A model generated the notes under the pieces. That model was not told where the DNA came from. It ran no database searches and was given only the letters and a program-made list of their open reading frames with translations. DNA of 64,000 bases from Iphione sp. A-MEVVRFRX5. Its lineage: Eukaryota. The stretch lies in the NCBI GenBank assembly GCA_976226885.1, contig OZ320321.1, forward strand, positions 12,338,001 to 12,402,000, written 5' to 3'. This document shows positions 25,050 to 37,871 of this stretch, piece by piece (the stretch's first letter is position 1; the number at the start of each line of letters is the position of its first letter). Made by a program: the position numbers and the translations under genes.

Positions 25050-25882
25050 TTATTTTCCCGACAAACAGAAGCCCTAGCTTATAGCTATCCCGCCCGGGGG
25101 TGGGTCGGGGGGGCCGAGAATTCGCAATCGCGGGCTTGAAAGGAAGTGGAAGCCGACATTGCCTCCTCCACTTGTCGACAGCTCATTTGTACACCTCGCA
25201 GAGCCCGTTGTAACGGAAGTTTATCCAACAGTCCGCCGGTATTGCTCGCCAGACGGCTCTGCAGCGTGGTGCGCGCGGCGGCGGGCTTGATTGTGCCCCA
25301 TGGTGTGCATATTTACAGCATCGATCTGGAACCGTAAAGCAAAGACAAAGAGAAACTGATCAGTATCGATACGCAGGTTCTGCCGCCAGCAGCGCTCCAA
25401 GTGAGGAGACCAGAAAACACGTTGCAGCCCACATGTACTTGGTTTTCAGTAATGGGGAGTAAATTCTAAAAAGTCTACTCTTAGTGGTGGGATTTGTTAC
25501 CATTGCCTACAACCAGAAGAACGGTATACAAACGGACGACGACGAGAAGGAGGAGGAGTAGGTCATACGGACAAGTCGCCATTTGGTATACCTACATCAT
25601 CAGGTGGCTCGGTTTGAGGAAGGTGGAGACCAACGCCTGTTGCATGAGCGTTTAACCCCTGTCTTCCCCCTCTCTCCCTCCCTCGCTTGGTGAGCACGCC
25701 ACGTGTTGGCAGCTCGGTTACCTGACACGAGACGACCCCTCGCGCCATCAGGTTTCTTCCCTCGGCCGCGCCGTTTCTTAGCAGCAGCGGTTTGGATCCC
25801 GAAGGGGCCGGCGTTTAATTCTTCGCCCAACCTCTCGTCCTGCCTCGTCTCCCGCGAGACCGCACGACTCTCATTGGTAAGT
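25050..25882 (+). promoter_or_regulatory. CpG/GC-rich island, probable promoter and first exon ending at a GTAAGT donor (25877)
   Basis: Local CpG enrichment, GC-box-like and ETS-like (AGGAAGTG) motifs, and a consensus donor CATTG|GTAAGT followed by AT-rich sequence. Confidence 0.45.
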
Positions 25883-28429
25883 ACACGCCGCCGTCCTTTC
25901 TTCAGTTCGTCGCCAGGTCAGGCTCGGACAACGAAAAACCTTACAAGAGAGAATAGCTGTCTTCTAGGATGTTTCAATTATTTAAGTTTTCAGCAAGCGT
26001 ACAGATTGCCTTTTGTTTTTCTATTTTACGTATCCGGGAATGTCTATATTTGTTGCAGACTGCCTTATGTTTTTCTATTTTACATATCAAGGAATGTTTA
26101 TATTTTTGCAGATTGCCTTTTGTTTTTTTATATCTGTGAATGTCTCTATTTTCCCGTTTACTATATATTCATATATTATATATACATGTACATCAGTCAA
26201 CCTCGAATTAATTACAAATGTTGGTTTACCTGGAAATTGAAAATATGATCACATGATGATCCCAACTTTGTTTTTAGTTTGTGAATCGAGTAGCTGCCAC
26301 ATGCAGAAGCCTATCTTACCTTACTCTGATTAAAGATCCAATATTAATATTTAATCTTGACTTTTGAATTCTGGAGTTTCTGCCGTACGCAGGCGCCTAT
26401 TGTACCTCCCTCTGATTTCACCAGGTGGGAAAGTATAAGATGGCTTTTAGTAATAGCGAGTGTCAGAAGACTCATACGCTTTGACTTAAGTTTCTGGTAC
26501 AACGAAGTCCAGCTTCTTTTGAAGGATATTCAGAATGGAAATCCTAGACTCCACAGTTTATTTCATCCCATCGGGGATTGCTACACTCTACCCACCTTGG
26601 AGCCCAGACGTTGGAATCGAGTATCCCGTATCCTCCACCCAGAACGGCCCTAGTCCTGGGCGTGGGCCGGTGATGGTACCATCTATCCTGACAAACCACC
26701 AAAAACTAATGTCGTTCAGAGCATGTTCTCAAAAAATGTTATTATCCATTAACTGAGAAGGATAGCAAATACATAGATAAATATATCACGTGTTAGGAAG
26801 AACATGTATACGTGCTACCCGGTCTGTTTAAATGTTTGTGAAACTTCCACCTTAATTCACTTTCATATCAGGACCTTCTCTTCTGACATCCTTTCTACGT
26901 TCAATCTTTGATCGGTTTAACTCGTTATTAATTTAATGTTCACTTAATTTCCCTTACTTTATACGTATTTATTCGAGTGTGCCCCTGGCTCCCGTTAACG
27001 AGCGGTTGATGGTAGAAGGCCCTCCCACGGCAGCTTCCNNNNNNNNNNNNNNNNNNNNNNNNNNNNNNNNNNNNNNNNNNNNNNNNNNNNNNNNNNNNNN
27101 NNNNNNNNNNNNNNNNNNNNNNNNNNNNNNNNNNNNNNNNNNNNNNNNNNNNNNNNNNNNNNNNNNNNNNNNNNNNNNNNNNNNNNNNGTGCCTTCCCCA
27201 GCTTGCAAAGAGTGTAAATAGTGATCTAGAAGGTCAGGATGAGCTCATCGGTCCGTTATACCATAACCTGCCTATGTCATCACCATCATCATCATCCATG
27301 TCCGGGGCCGTGCTCGCGTCATCCCGCACATCCGGGCCTTCTTTTAGCAGCCAAGTGGGCATCACATGCTTTTACTTCCTGTATGATGCCAGCCACTTGT
27401 TCATTTGTCAATTTCAAGAGCGCAGTTAGGTCAGCTTCAAGAATGCTTGAAGGCGACCCGCGATTCAAAACAACCCAAAATCTTCATCTTGTTTACGCTG
27501 CTCGGACCTCCCTTAGTCATCCTTATTTCATGCACGGATGCAGTATTAAATAGGTTTACTGTTCATTATTCGTCGTAAACAAATACCGCGCTTGTTCCAG
27601 ACCCTACCTTCCTTCCTGGTATCCCCCCTCCCTAGTATATACTGTTTTCCAATGTAGCGCTTAAGATTGCGTTACCAGCTGCAGTTACGTTGACTAATCA
27701 TTTCTCAGATGTTTTTATTTTCTCCGAAAAATAAATACACATTATCACTATATGATCCTGGTCTTGGTGGAGGAATGTGTTATTGATACAGTCGGTTTTC
27801 AACTTGGTGACAATGGAGATGATATTAATTAGAATTCTTGGGTTAGGTACCATTAAATAATTGTTATAGTTCGTACTAGTGGGCCATTGTGGGCCACCTC
27901 TGGTACTGTAGAAAGCTGGTCTCTGTTGGTCTGGTCTCTCCTATGGTTTCTTTTTTCATAGAAAAATTAGTTTGGGCTCTGGTAAAAGCTGGTCTCTCCT
28001 TTGGTCTGGTCTCCTCTGTGATCGGGTCTTTATATAAGAGTTTACTTTATTAGTGTCATGTGGCATAGATGAGTGCAGCGCACTGTCTATGGCACACGTT
28101 TGATGGTACAATATTAGAGAGGGATTTTGCATAGAACTGCATGCAGTTACAACATGAAGACATAACATGGTTAATGGCACAATACTCTACCAAGTGCTTG
28201 GACTTTAGAGGGTCATGTAACAATATAATGCATAGTAGACTTGATCATCATTTCACTCTGGACAGCGACTACTTCGGCTTTAGTGAATCGTGTATAGAAA
28301 TTCACTTCATGCAAAGGATATGCAAGTAATTTTGGGAATGACAGTAGTTGCCTTTCAGCATGGTCTCCTCAGGGTTAGACAGTGAGCCTATTTTACTGGC
28401 TTCACTGAGTCTTTAAGAGTTAGCTTTAT

Positions 28430-28800
28430 TTCTTCCCTACATCAGCGTTAGTTCTCCCTCTCCCTTATACAGAAATACTCAAAGCTGGCCTCTAGATTTG
28501 TTTATACAACATTTAAATGATCGCAAATAGCTCGGGAGGGCATTCCACAGCTCTTGTCCAGCATAGTAGCCACTGTATGCAAACATTTCCAGCTTAGCCT
28601 TTTCGTGTTGAGTGTAGTTCGAAGTATGCAGTCAGGCCAGTCACAGATCTTATCCCAGGAATTATGCAAATAGATGCTACTTGGGCTTCTTCTTAAAGTT
28701 GCAAGCATTTTTATTGAAGTGGACATCATGTTTGACCTATGATGGCTAAATATTGGCATAAATCTTGCTAATTGCTGAATTCATCGACCCCAATATCTAA
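28430..28800 (-). pseudogene. 3' end fragment of a CR1/L2-group LINE ORF2
   Basis: One minus frame reads FAYSGYYAGQELWNALPSYLRSFK; the LWNxLP motif is typical of these ORF2 C-termini. AATAAA follows shortly after. Confidence 0.55.
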
Positions 28801-28862
28801 CATTACTCAGTAGTTATCAACTTTTCCCCCTGACATAATCATTGACTTGGCAGGTGATGATC

Positions 28863-29830
28863 GACAGGACCTCCATCTCCAGTCACACAAGCTAGGGTTT
28901 AAATATACAGAATCTACAGCAGATGATAGGACCCCCGTCTCCAGTCATACCAGCTAGGGTTTAAATATACAGGATCTACAGGAGATGATGGGGCCCAGGT
29001 CTCCACTCATACTAGCTAGGGTTTACATATACAGAATCTACAGGAGATGACAGGACCCCCATCTCCAGTCACACCAACTAGGGTTTACATATACAGAATC
29101 TACAGGAGATGACAGGACTCCCATCTCCAGTCATACCAGCTAGGGTTTAAATATACAGAATCTACAGGAGATGATATGACCCCCGTCTCCAGTCATACCA
29201 GCTAGGGTTTAAATATACAGAATCTAAAGGAGATGACAGGACCCCCGTCTCCAGTCATACCAGCTAGGGTTTAAATATACAGAATCTACAGGAGATGATA
29301 GGACCCCCATCTCCAGTCATACCAGCTAGGGTTTAAATATACAGAGCCTGCAGGAGATGACAGGACTCCCGTCTCCAGTCACACAAACTAGGGTTTAAAT
29401 ATATAGAATCTACAGCAGATGATAGGACCCCCGTCTCCAGTCATACCAGCTAGGGTTTAAATATACAGAATCTACAGCAGATGATATGACCCCCGTCTCC
29501 AGTCATACCAGCTAGGGTTTAAATATACAGAATCTACAGGAGATGATAGGACTGCCGTCTCCAGTCATACCAGCTAGGGTTTACATATACAGAATCTAAA
29601 GGAGATGACAGGACTCCCGTCTCCAGTCACACCAGCTGGAGTTTAAATTTTCAGAATCTACAGGTGATGACAGGACCTCTATGTCACGCCACACCAGCTA
29701 GGGTTTAAATATACAGAATCTACAGGAGATGGCAGGACTCCCGTCTCAAGTCACACCAGCTAGGGTTTACATATACAGAATCTACAGCAGATGACAGGAC
29801 TTCTGTGTCACGTCACATCAGCTGGAGTTT
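28863..29830. repeat. 62-bp minisatellite, about 15-16 copies
   Basis: Unit GACAGGACCCCCGTCTCCAGTCATACCAGCTAGGGTTTAAATATACAGAATCTACAGGAGAT; period measured from 29041, 29103 and 29165. Confidence 0.95.
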
Positions 29831-31453
29831 GTTGGAAACATACTAAAGAGTAGTTCATAATTAGCCTATCAGTGACGAATGCATGTTATGTTCTCTTCCG
29901 CATTATATGAGTTTGCTGTGTATATTAACAGAAAGTTCAAATTTTTCTGAATACAAAATTGTCCTATTATATCATAGATAATACGAATACGTTTATGTGT
30001 AGGTGTATAATCAACTTCCTCCCGTAAAAAGAGTGGAATGATGGCAATAATATTGGACATTTGCTCAAAAGGTGTTATGGCAATATTTCAATTTAATAAT
30101 CCGCAGACGAGAGACTTATATCAACTGCGTTATTCGATCCTTAACAATTCCCTATACAAGCTGTGTAATTAGTTTTGTCTAGTCCAACGGTATACCCTCG
30201 TGCAACTGTGAAAACCACTCGTGAGGTGTTCCTGCCTAGAAGTAGAGCCTAGCAGGCCCCAAGACTCCTGATCACGATATGTTCCAACATGTCGTCTTCC
30301 GCCTGGCTGGGTAGACGCCTTGGGATAGTGGGGTGGCCTCAGTCTGTGGGTGGGGAGTATCATATGGTCACAACGTCTAGTTGAATGGTTGGTACAGTTC
30401 TCCATGGCGATGTGTACGTGTGTTTATCGTCACATATTAAATATAGGTGTGAATGTCACCCATCTTTGATTCCTTGTCTTTATAGAAGGTCTCTGAGGTC
30501 ACCTATGTCAAGCCGTTGAATATTGTCTCAATGATTACATAATTATAAGGTATCTGAAGTTCGGTACAAGAAACCAAGTAGGCAGCCCAAGGGCTGTGGT
30601 GACGCATATCATCTTGCTTTGCCTTTGCCCTTTGAAGGCAGGCCTCTCATTGGCTGGTTGAGTTACTCAATATGTTCACTTATGGTGGCTTCTTATGAAG
30701 TTAGCAAGATGTTTGTCTAGATAATGAGCATTATAAAGATTTAAATATCCTAGCTGCTTCTTCTTAAAAGCACATTGCCTTGAGACACCTAGCCAGAAGA
30801 AATGATAATCTGCAGGTGATTATGAGTGCCGACCCTTCCCCTTGGAACACCTAGCCTTGGAGGAAGTTACATTCTGCAGGTGATTATGAGTGCCGACCCT
30901 TCCCCTCGGGATGCCCAACCTGGAAGAAGTCAAACACTTCAGGTGATTATGCGCTGTGTAGATTGACACACAGGCTGTATGGTTATCATCACGTCACTGT
31001 TGGGTCCATGTGTGATGAAAAGATTTCCTGATTGTTTGCTCACACATACGGATCTCTACAAAATGTCTGGTATAAAAACACTTCTCAATAGCTCCAAGCC
31101 TTTGTTGTACAGTGTGTTGTCAAATGCCTGTCCACTTTCAGGAGATAGATGTAAAAATATGTGAGTACAGTTCAGCATTTCATTGTTATATATATAGTCG
31201 TGCAGTTGCAGACGGAAGTGCCCTTTCTGTCTGTATGAACGCTGATGTCATTGCCATACGATTTGATTTTGATTCCCAGCACCAGTGGTGGTCTCCCAGG
31301 CAAGAGCTGACTGTATTTTAAGTTACGCCACTGTGTTGTTCGAGTGAGCTACACCAAAAGTGACAAGGGAAAAAACCCTTTACGCTAGCTGCACTTTCCC
31401 ACTCCCTTCGCCTAGCTCCCGAAGATTATAGAAGAGACCGACAAACCTTATAC

Positions 31454-31579
31454 CTTCTCTGGCTGGTAACATTGTGCGGGAAAATGATCCATCCCACGAA
31501 TACGTAGGTACAACGTCAGAATCAAGACACGAGTTACAAAACCGCCAAATCGGCCGTTTAAAATCGTGTTTACTCAATT
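31454..31579 (-). CDS. Candidate 126-bp phase-1/phase-1 internal exon of an unidentified gene
   Basis: Acceptor GTTCTTATCCTCTCCCAG and donor GAAG|GTATAA; only one frame is open (LSKHDFKRPIWRFCNSCLDSDVVPTYSWDGSFSRTMLPARE). No homology recognised. Confidence 0.3.
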
Positions 31580-32609
31580 CTGGGAGAGGATAAGAACACC
31601 AGGGGGCAGCACCATTGGTCGCGTTCGTTCGGCCCAGGTCCGAATCTCATGATGGCGTCTGAGTTTGTATGCATGTTTGTTTGTTTATCCCTCTCAATCT
31701 ATAGAAGGTTAGACTGTTGAAATTCCGCTATGAAATACTATATTAAATTGGTATGAATATAATTGCACGACACCGGGTTAAAAACAATAACATTTCCCTG
31801 AACGTGACTTGGAACTTTGTGAAGGTAAATATTGAGAAATCGGCTCAGGCTCAGGTATGCGTACTGTTCTCCTGCTCAGACAAAGGGGGGGGGGGACAAC
31901 ACTATTCGGAAACCTTTTCAGACATATTTACGAACATTCTCCCGGTCGATACTGCATTATTGCATTAAATAATAAACTCCAATCGTATATATGGGCGAAG
32001 AATGCACTTCTGAAATACGCAAAATATAGGTAAAAAGCTTAAAAGTGCACCCTCCTAGGAGAGTTTGAAGAAATCCTACATTCACAGGAGAATTCTAGGT
32101 GGAAAATATCCAGATATCTTTTATCAGTTATTTACAAGTTTAGCGCCTTTCTGGTACCCTGATATAAATAGCATATGTACCTCCGAAGTTTTATCATTCA
32201 GACTATGGGTACATGTATATGTATAAATCTACATGTGGTTTCTTCGTAACGAAATGTAGCACGTACTACTGACAAAAACATTCCCGACTCCATCAAACGT
32301 TTTGGAGATTTTGTTTGACATGTAGCCATTCTGATATCTTTGCAAGGGTTGTACCGTACGATGAAACATTCCAGATTTTGTGAAATTTAGTATACAGATA
32401 TTCCCATAACAATGTATGCTAGGCCCATTTATGAAAAGAATTTACTGTATTATTCACTCTTAGAAGGCGAAAGACAGGAAAAAGACACTCAAAGACTCTC
32501 AGCTTCCTTTCTTCTCTGGTTCCTCATCCAGTAACAGTTTATTTCATTGTGTGTTCACCTTCAAGAACATTGTCTGTCTCCACTCCAGCAGTCTTGTGTT
32601 GCGGCCGTT

Positions 32610-33707
32610 GACTCAGAAGAAGAGTCCCTGACAGCCATGGGCAATAGAGGAGAGGGTGTTATGGCTGTCAATAGTTGGAGTAGGAGACCTGGCAGTCACA
32701 TTCAGCAGCAGATGGTAATGACAGGGAAGAAGAGCCCCTGATAACCCTAGGTAGTGGGGAGAGGGTGTTATAGCTGTCAATAGTGGATTAGGAGATCTGG
32801 GAGTCATATGCAGCAGCAGATGTTCCTGACAGGGAAGAAGAGTCCCTGACAGCGGTAGGCAGTGGGGGAGAGGGTGCTATAGCTGTCAATAGTGGATTAG
32901 GAGATCTGGGGCAGAGGGGGAGAGGGCGTTATGGCTGTCATAGTGGAGTAGGAGATCTGGGGCAGTGGGGGAGAGGGCGTTATAGCTGTCAATAGTGGAG
33001 TAGGAGATCTGGGGCAGTGGGGGAGAGGGCGTTATAACTGTCAATAGTGGAGTAGGAGATCTGGGGCAGTGGGGGAGAGGGCATTATAGCTGTCAATAGT
33101 GGAGTAGGAGATCTAGGGCAGTGGGGGAGAGGGCGTTATGGCTGTCAATAGTGGAGTAGGAGATCTGGGGCAGTGGGAGAGAGGGCATTATAGCAGTCCA
33201 TAGTGGAGTAGGAGATCTGGGGCAATGGGGGAGAGGGTGTTATAGCTGTCAATAGTGGAGTAGGAGATCTGGGGCAGTGGGGGAGAGGACATTATGGCTG
33301 TCAATAGTGGAGTAGGAGATCTGGGGCAATGGGGGAGAGGGCGTTATGGCTGTCAATAGTGGAGTAGGAGATCTGGGGCAGTGGGCGAGAGGGCGTTATG
33401 GATGTCAATATTGGAGGAGGCAATCTGGGGCAGTGGGGAAGAAGGCCGTATAGCTGTCAATAGTGGAGTAGGAGATCTGGGGCAGTGGGGGAGAGGGCGT
33501 TATGGCTGTCAATAGTGGAGTAGGAGATCTGCGGCAGTGGGGGAGAGGACATTATGGCTGTCAATAGTGGAGTAGGGGATCTGGGGCAGTGGGGGAGAGG
33601 GTGTTATGGCTGTCAATAGTGGAGTAGGAGATCTGGGGTAGTGGGGGAGAGGGTGTTATGGCTGTCAATAGTGGAGTACAGGATCTGAGGGGTCATATGC
33701 AGCAGCA
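32610..33707. repeat. G-rich 52-bp minisatellite (about 16 copies) embedded in a longer repeat of about 109 bp
   Basis: Unit GGGGCAGTGGGGGAGAGGGCGTTATAGCTGTCAATAGTGGAGTAGGAGATCT; period measured from 33011 and 33063. Confidence 0.95.
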
Positions 33708-35431
33708 TAGAGAGGGAAGCCTAGACCTGGCTTGTAGGTCGAGCTTCTTGTTTCTAAATAAAACCCCCTCTACGTCTTCTTTGCATAATCTCACTTCAAA
33801 TGCCCATGGCATACTCACATGTTTCTGATGGAATTGGACAATACATGTATATCTCATCTTTTGTTGGGCTATTTTGATTCTTCCTGTGAAGGAGAGGGAT
33901 GCTAACAACGAGACAAGGGACAAAAAGACAAAGCAAGGCAGAGAGACGGACACACCGACAGGGTGGGAGAGACAGTTAAAGAGACAGAGAACGAGAGACA
34001 GAGACATACAAACTGGGATTCATGTGTATGCGTGAAAGTTCAGCAGGAGGTTTCTTTCATATACACAGATAAGAAATGAATCTATCAAGTGCAGCATTGC
34101 ACTGTTTGGTTAATGAGATTTACTGCTTTAAAATAATGGTTAATATTTCCCAGATGTACCACAAAATATAAAACAGTACCACCACATATTCCACAGCGAT
34201 TTGACATCTGCATTTCCACTGTAATTTAAAAATTGTATTTTACACCTATTTCACTGTGATTTAACAACTACATTTTCCGCCATGGTCAGCCATATATTCC
34301 ACTGTGAGTTTAAAGCCATATATTTCACTGTGATTAAACAACCATATATTTCACTTTGATTTTTAAACCATATATATTCCACCTTGAATGAATAAGCATT
34401 GAAATAAATAGATGTGCAGACTGATGAATTTAACGTCCATCATTGTCCATAATTCTACTACTTACCTGTGTTTAATGTGATTTACCTCAATCTATGGTAC
34501 ATTACAGAATGTACCGTTAAATGAACAGGATACAATGATAAAAGCTACATATCCAAAAAAATCGAAGTACCATTGTTTTCACAGCTTTTCAGGATCGATA
34601 TACTAACCCTTACTCCGAGTAATGGAGAGTCAAACAAATGCTCCTCTTTTTTGTTAATGATTTTCCATATGTGCAACAGTCAGGTCTGAAAAAGGCCAGT
34701 TCTCTAAGGAGGAAACCCCGCTGTCGGGCGCGGGCAGAAGTTCGTGCTTTGCGGGTGTCAAGGAGGTTCACCAAGGGTGGGGGGACCTGAGGACACACTT
34801 TGCATTATACATGGACGGTGCCGTTTATAAATTGTATTACCTGGAAGAGGCTGGAAGCGACGCAGCGTCAATATGGAATCTGTGGACCTCTCCTCCGCCT
34901 CCTCCTTCTACTTTCTATGCTCTCTCTTTACTGCTTGTCTCTGTAGGTCGAGAGGGGTGGGGCCGGGACCAGGGGTGGCAGCTGACAGTCAGCGACAACA
35001 TGTTGCTAACAACGTTGTTGTCGATGATGACTAAACCATGAAGGGAAAGAGGTAAGATGAGCTTGTCCCACCTACGCGGAGACGATCACAGCTGACAAAG
35101 CTAACTCCATCAATCTGTGACGGTCAATAGTCCGTTCCCCCGCCCCCGCCACCTATCACGCCCTCGGTGTGTCCTGTGTGTACAGGATGAGCCAGCAGTG
35201 GACACTGTGGGGGTTGTATATCAGGCACGTTCCAAGGGCACGGTTATCTAACATGCACAAGTCTAGACCATTTACCGCATCGTGAACTCGCGCCATGGCC
35301 GACTGAGCCTCCCTGCTGGCTTACACCCTCCAGATCATTCCACAGAGAATTCACTCATCGATTAGCATCGGGAGATGGGGAAGCAATATTGCTCCCAATA
35401 AACCAATCAAGGAAATCAACAGGTTTTAATA

Positions 35432-35610
35432 CAGTCGCAACTCAGAATTAAGACCACGCATGGGACCAGACACAGTTACCTTTAAATGTGAGTTGCCCTC
35501 CTACCTGAATTAGTTATATCATAGAAAATACACCACTGGGACCAAACAAACCTGGCCTTAATCCTGAGTTGCCATCCTAGTCAAGTTGCCGACAAGGTGA
35601 GTTGCTACTG
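35432..35610. mobile_element. Tc1/mariner-type MITE family C (copy 1)
   Basis: TA-CAGTCGCAACTCA...TGAGTTGCTACTG-TA; co-linear with 47391-47559. Confidence 0.85.
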
Positions 35611-37061
35611 TATTCTTAACCTGTGCTGGAGTGAGTTGGTCTTGATACTGTGAGCTGCTCATGTTACGTCCCCATGAGCTATGCGCAAGGAATCATTAAA
35701 TATACAAAGGCACCGCCCATGGCTCATGTGCCGGCAAACTGACCTGCTTCCTGGTCTCTGTCCACACCTGTCCTTGGCAATTTTTCCTGCCACGTGTAGA
35801 AACGCATGAACATGAAACATATACTGAAACATTTACTGACGAGCACTTCTTCTCATACCAGAGTGCGTGTTCTGAAGTAAAAATAAATACTGCGGTATTC
35901 AGTGTTGCGTTGCCAGCTATGGTAAAAGCATTTAATTAATGCGTCCATTTAAAGGACTAGTATTTTTTCCCTTGCTGCAAACCCTCCTAAGAGTTTCCTT
36001 GTATACAAGCACGTCGATGCTCGCACTGGTTAATTACGGTGGAAGAACTTGGAAGGAATTACACTGGATTACTAGTGGGATAACTAAGGCAGTACACTAG
36101 TGGACAATAGTGGGATTATTCCAAGTGAGAAAGTCAACATTTAAATTTAGGTACGCCAGCAAAGGGGAAAGACTCCCACAGGCGGGAAGGTACCTCACCC
36201 AGAATGGGCCAGGTCAACAAGGTCAAATTCCCACTAAGGAACCTCCCAACCCTAACAAAAGCCGTACCAGGGCAGAACAGAGAACAGAGGCGTTCTAACG
36301 TATGCTGATAAAAGGCAAAGACAACCCCCGTCCCTACTCACAACTGTGCTATAGCTAAAAAAAAAGTCAAAAAGAAAACTACAAGCAATGGTGAACAGGT
36401 GAGAAAATCGACCTCTCGACATATCGAACACTGGTGCGGAAGATGTAAATAAGGAGGCCACGTGACGATGAGCCACGTGACCTAATGACAACCTAAACCA
36501 AGTATAAGAAAATCTCTGAAGGTATATATACCACAGTATGCTAGAGGAAGATATTAAGGTAAGGATACTTGACTAGAGACCCCTTTGCAGTCAGCTCCCT
36601 GAGAAACATCTTGCAACAGGTTATTAGCTATAAATACTTAGGAGTGTATCTTAATAACTACTAATAACTACTAGTTAGAATATGACAATTATGGTGATGG
36701 ATTGACGAGTAAAGTTAATCGTAAATTATTCTATTATTCAAATTAGGAATAAAACTAACAATTACAGACAGAGGATTCCCATTAAATGCAGCTAAAATGT
36801 AAATCTAAATGTAAAAGCTGCAATCTGATTAGCAAATGCAACTCTCATGTCATGAAAAGCGCTCGGTCAATTGAATACGGTATCATGCTACTTACTGGTG
36901 ACTGCTCAAACAGTCCATAATGTCACTCAATATCGTTGCTAATATTTCTCACGTCCCTACCACATCCACTCACCTGTATATTTTAAGAATACGATGGGAC
37001 CTGAGAAAACGTATAGCATGTATAGATCATAGTGAGGCAAGATAAATATGGAACAACCTAA

Positions 37062-37630
37062 GATGTATGCCTTTCTCTCCTTTCACATCATATGTATGCC
37101 TTACCCTCTCTTCTCATCTCAGATGTATGCCTTACCCTCTCTTCTCATCTCAGATGTAAGCCTTACCCTCTCTTCTCATCTCAGATGTATGCCTTTCTCT
37201 CCTTTCACATCATATGTATGCCTTACTCTCTCTTCTCATCTCAGATGTATGCCTTACTCTCTCTTCTCATCTCAGATGTAAGCCTTACCCTCTCTTCTCA
37301 TCTCAGATGTATGCCTTACCCTCTCTTCTCATCTCAGATGTAAGCCTTACCCTCTCTTCTCATCTCAGATGTATGCCTTATTCTCTCTTCTCATCTCAGA
37401 TGTAAGCCTTACCCTCTCTTCTCATCTCAGATGTATGCCTTTCTCTCTTTTCACATCATATGTATGCCTTACTCTCTCTTCTCATCTCAGATGTAAGCCT
37501 TACCCTCTCTTCTCATCTCAGATGTAAGCCTTACCCTCTCTTCTCATCTCAGATGTAAGCCTTTTCCTCTGTTCTCACCTTGGATGTATGCCTTTCCCTC
37601 TCTTCTCACCTCAGGTTTATGTCTTACACT
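37062..37630. repeat. 31-bp minisatellite with interspersed 29-bp variant units
   Basis: Unit AGATGTATGCCTTACCCTCTCTTCTCATCTC; the variant core TTTCACATCAT occurs at 37081, 37203 and 37449. Confidence 0.95.
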
Positions 37631-37716
37631 TTCTTACCATTACCCTCTAATCTTATCTTAGTTGTATCAATTATCCCTGCTCTCATCCGTTTCCCTCTGT
37701 TCTGACCTTAGGTGTA

Positions 37717-37871
37717 CAGTCAAAACCCTATTTGTGGCCACCACTCTGTTCAAAGCTCAAATGGTCACATTGGCAAATTTGGTCACAAATCAAAATTTTG
37801 GTTCCCACCTCAGGTGGTCACAAATAGAGAATGGTCGCAAATTGATGCGGTCACAAATAGGGTTTTGACTG
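37717..37871. mobile_element. Tc1/mariner-type MITE family D (155 bp)
   Basis: Perfect 20-bp TIR CAGTCAAAACCCTATTTGTG with TA on both flanks. Confidence 0.9.

Noticed and set aside
28893-28901. TAGGGTTT in the 62-mer as a telomeric seed
   Set aside because: Only one permuted heptamer per unit, never tandem.
28863-29830. Regular arrays (62-, 52-, 44- and 31-bp periods) as possible CRISPR arrays
   Set aside because: The units are head-to-tail with no unique spacers, there are no cas genes and the context is eukaryotic; they are minisatellites.
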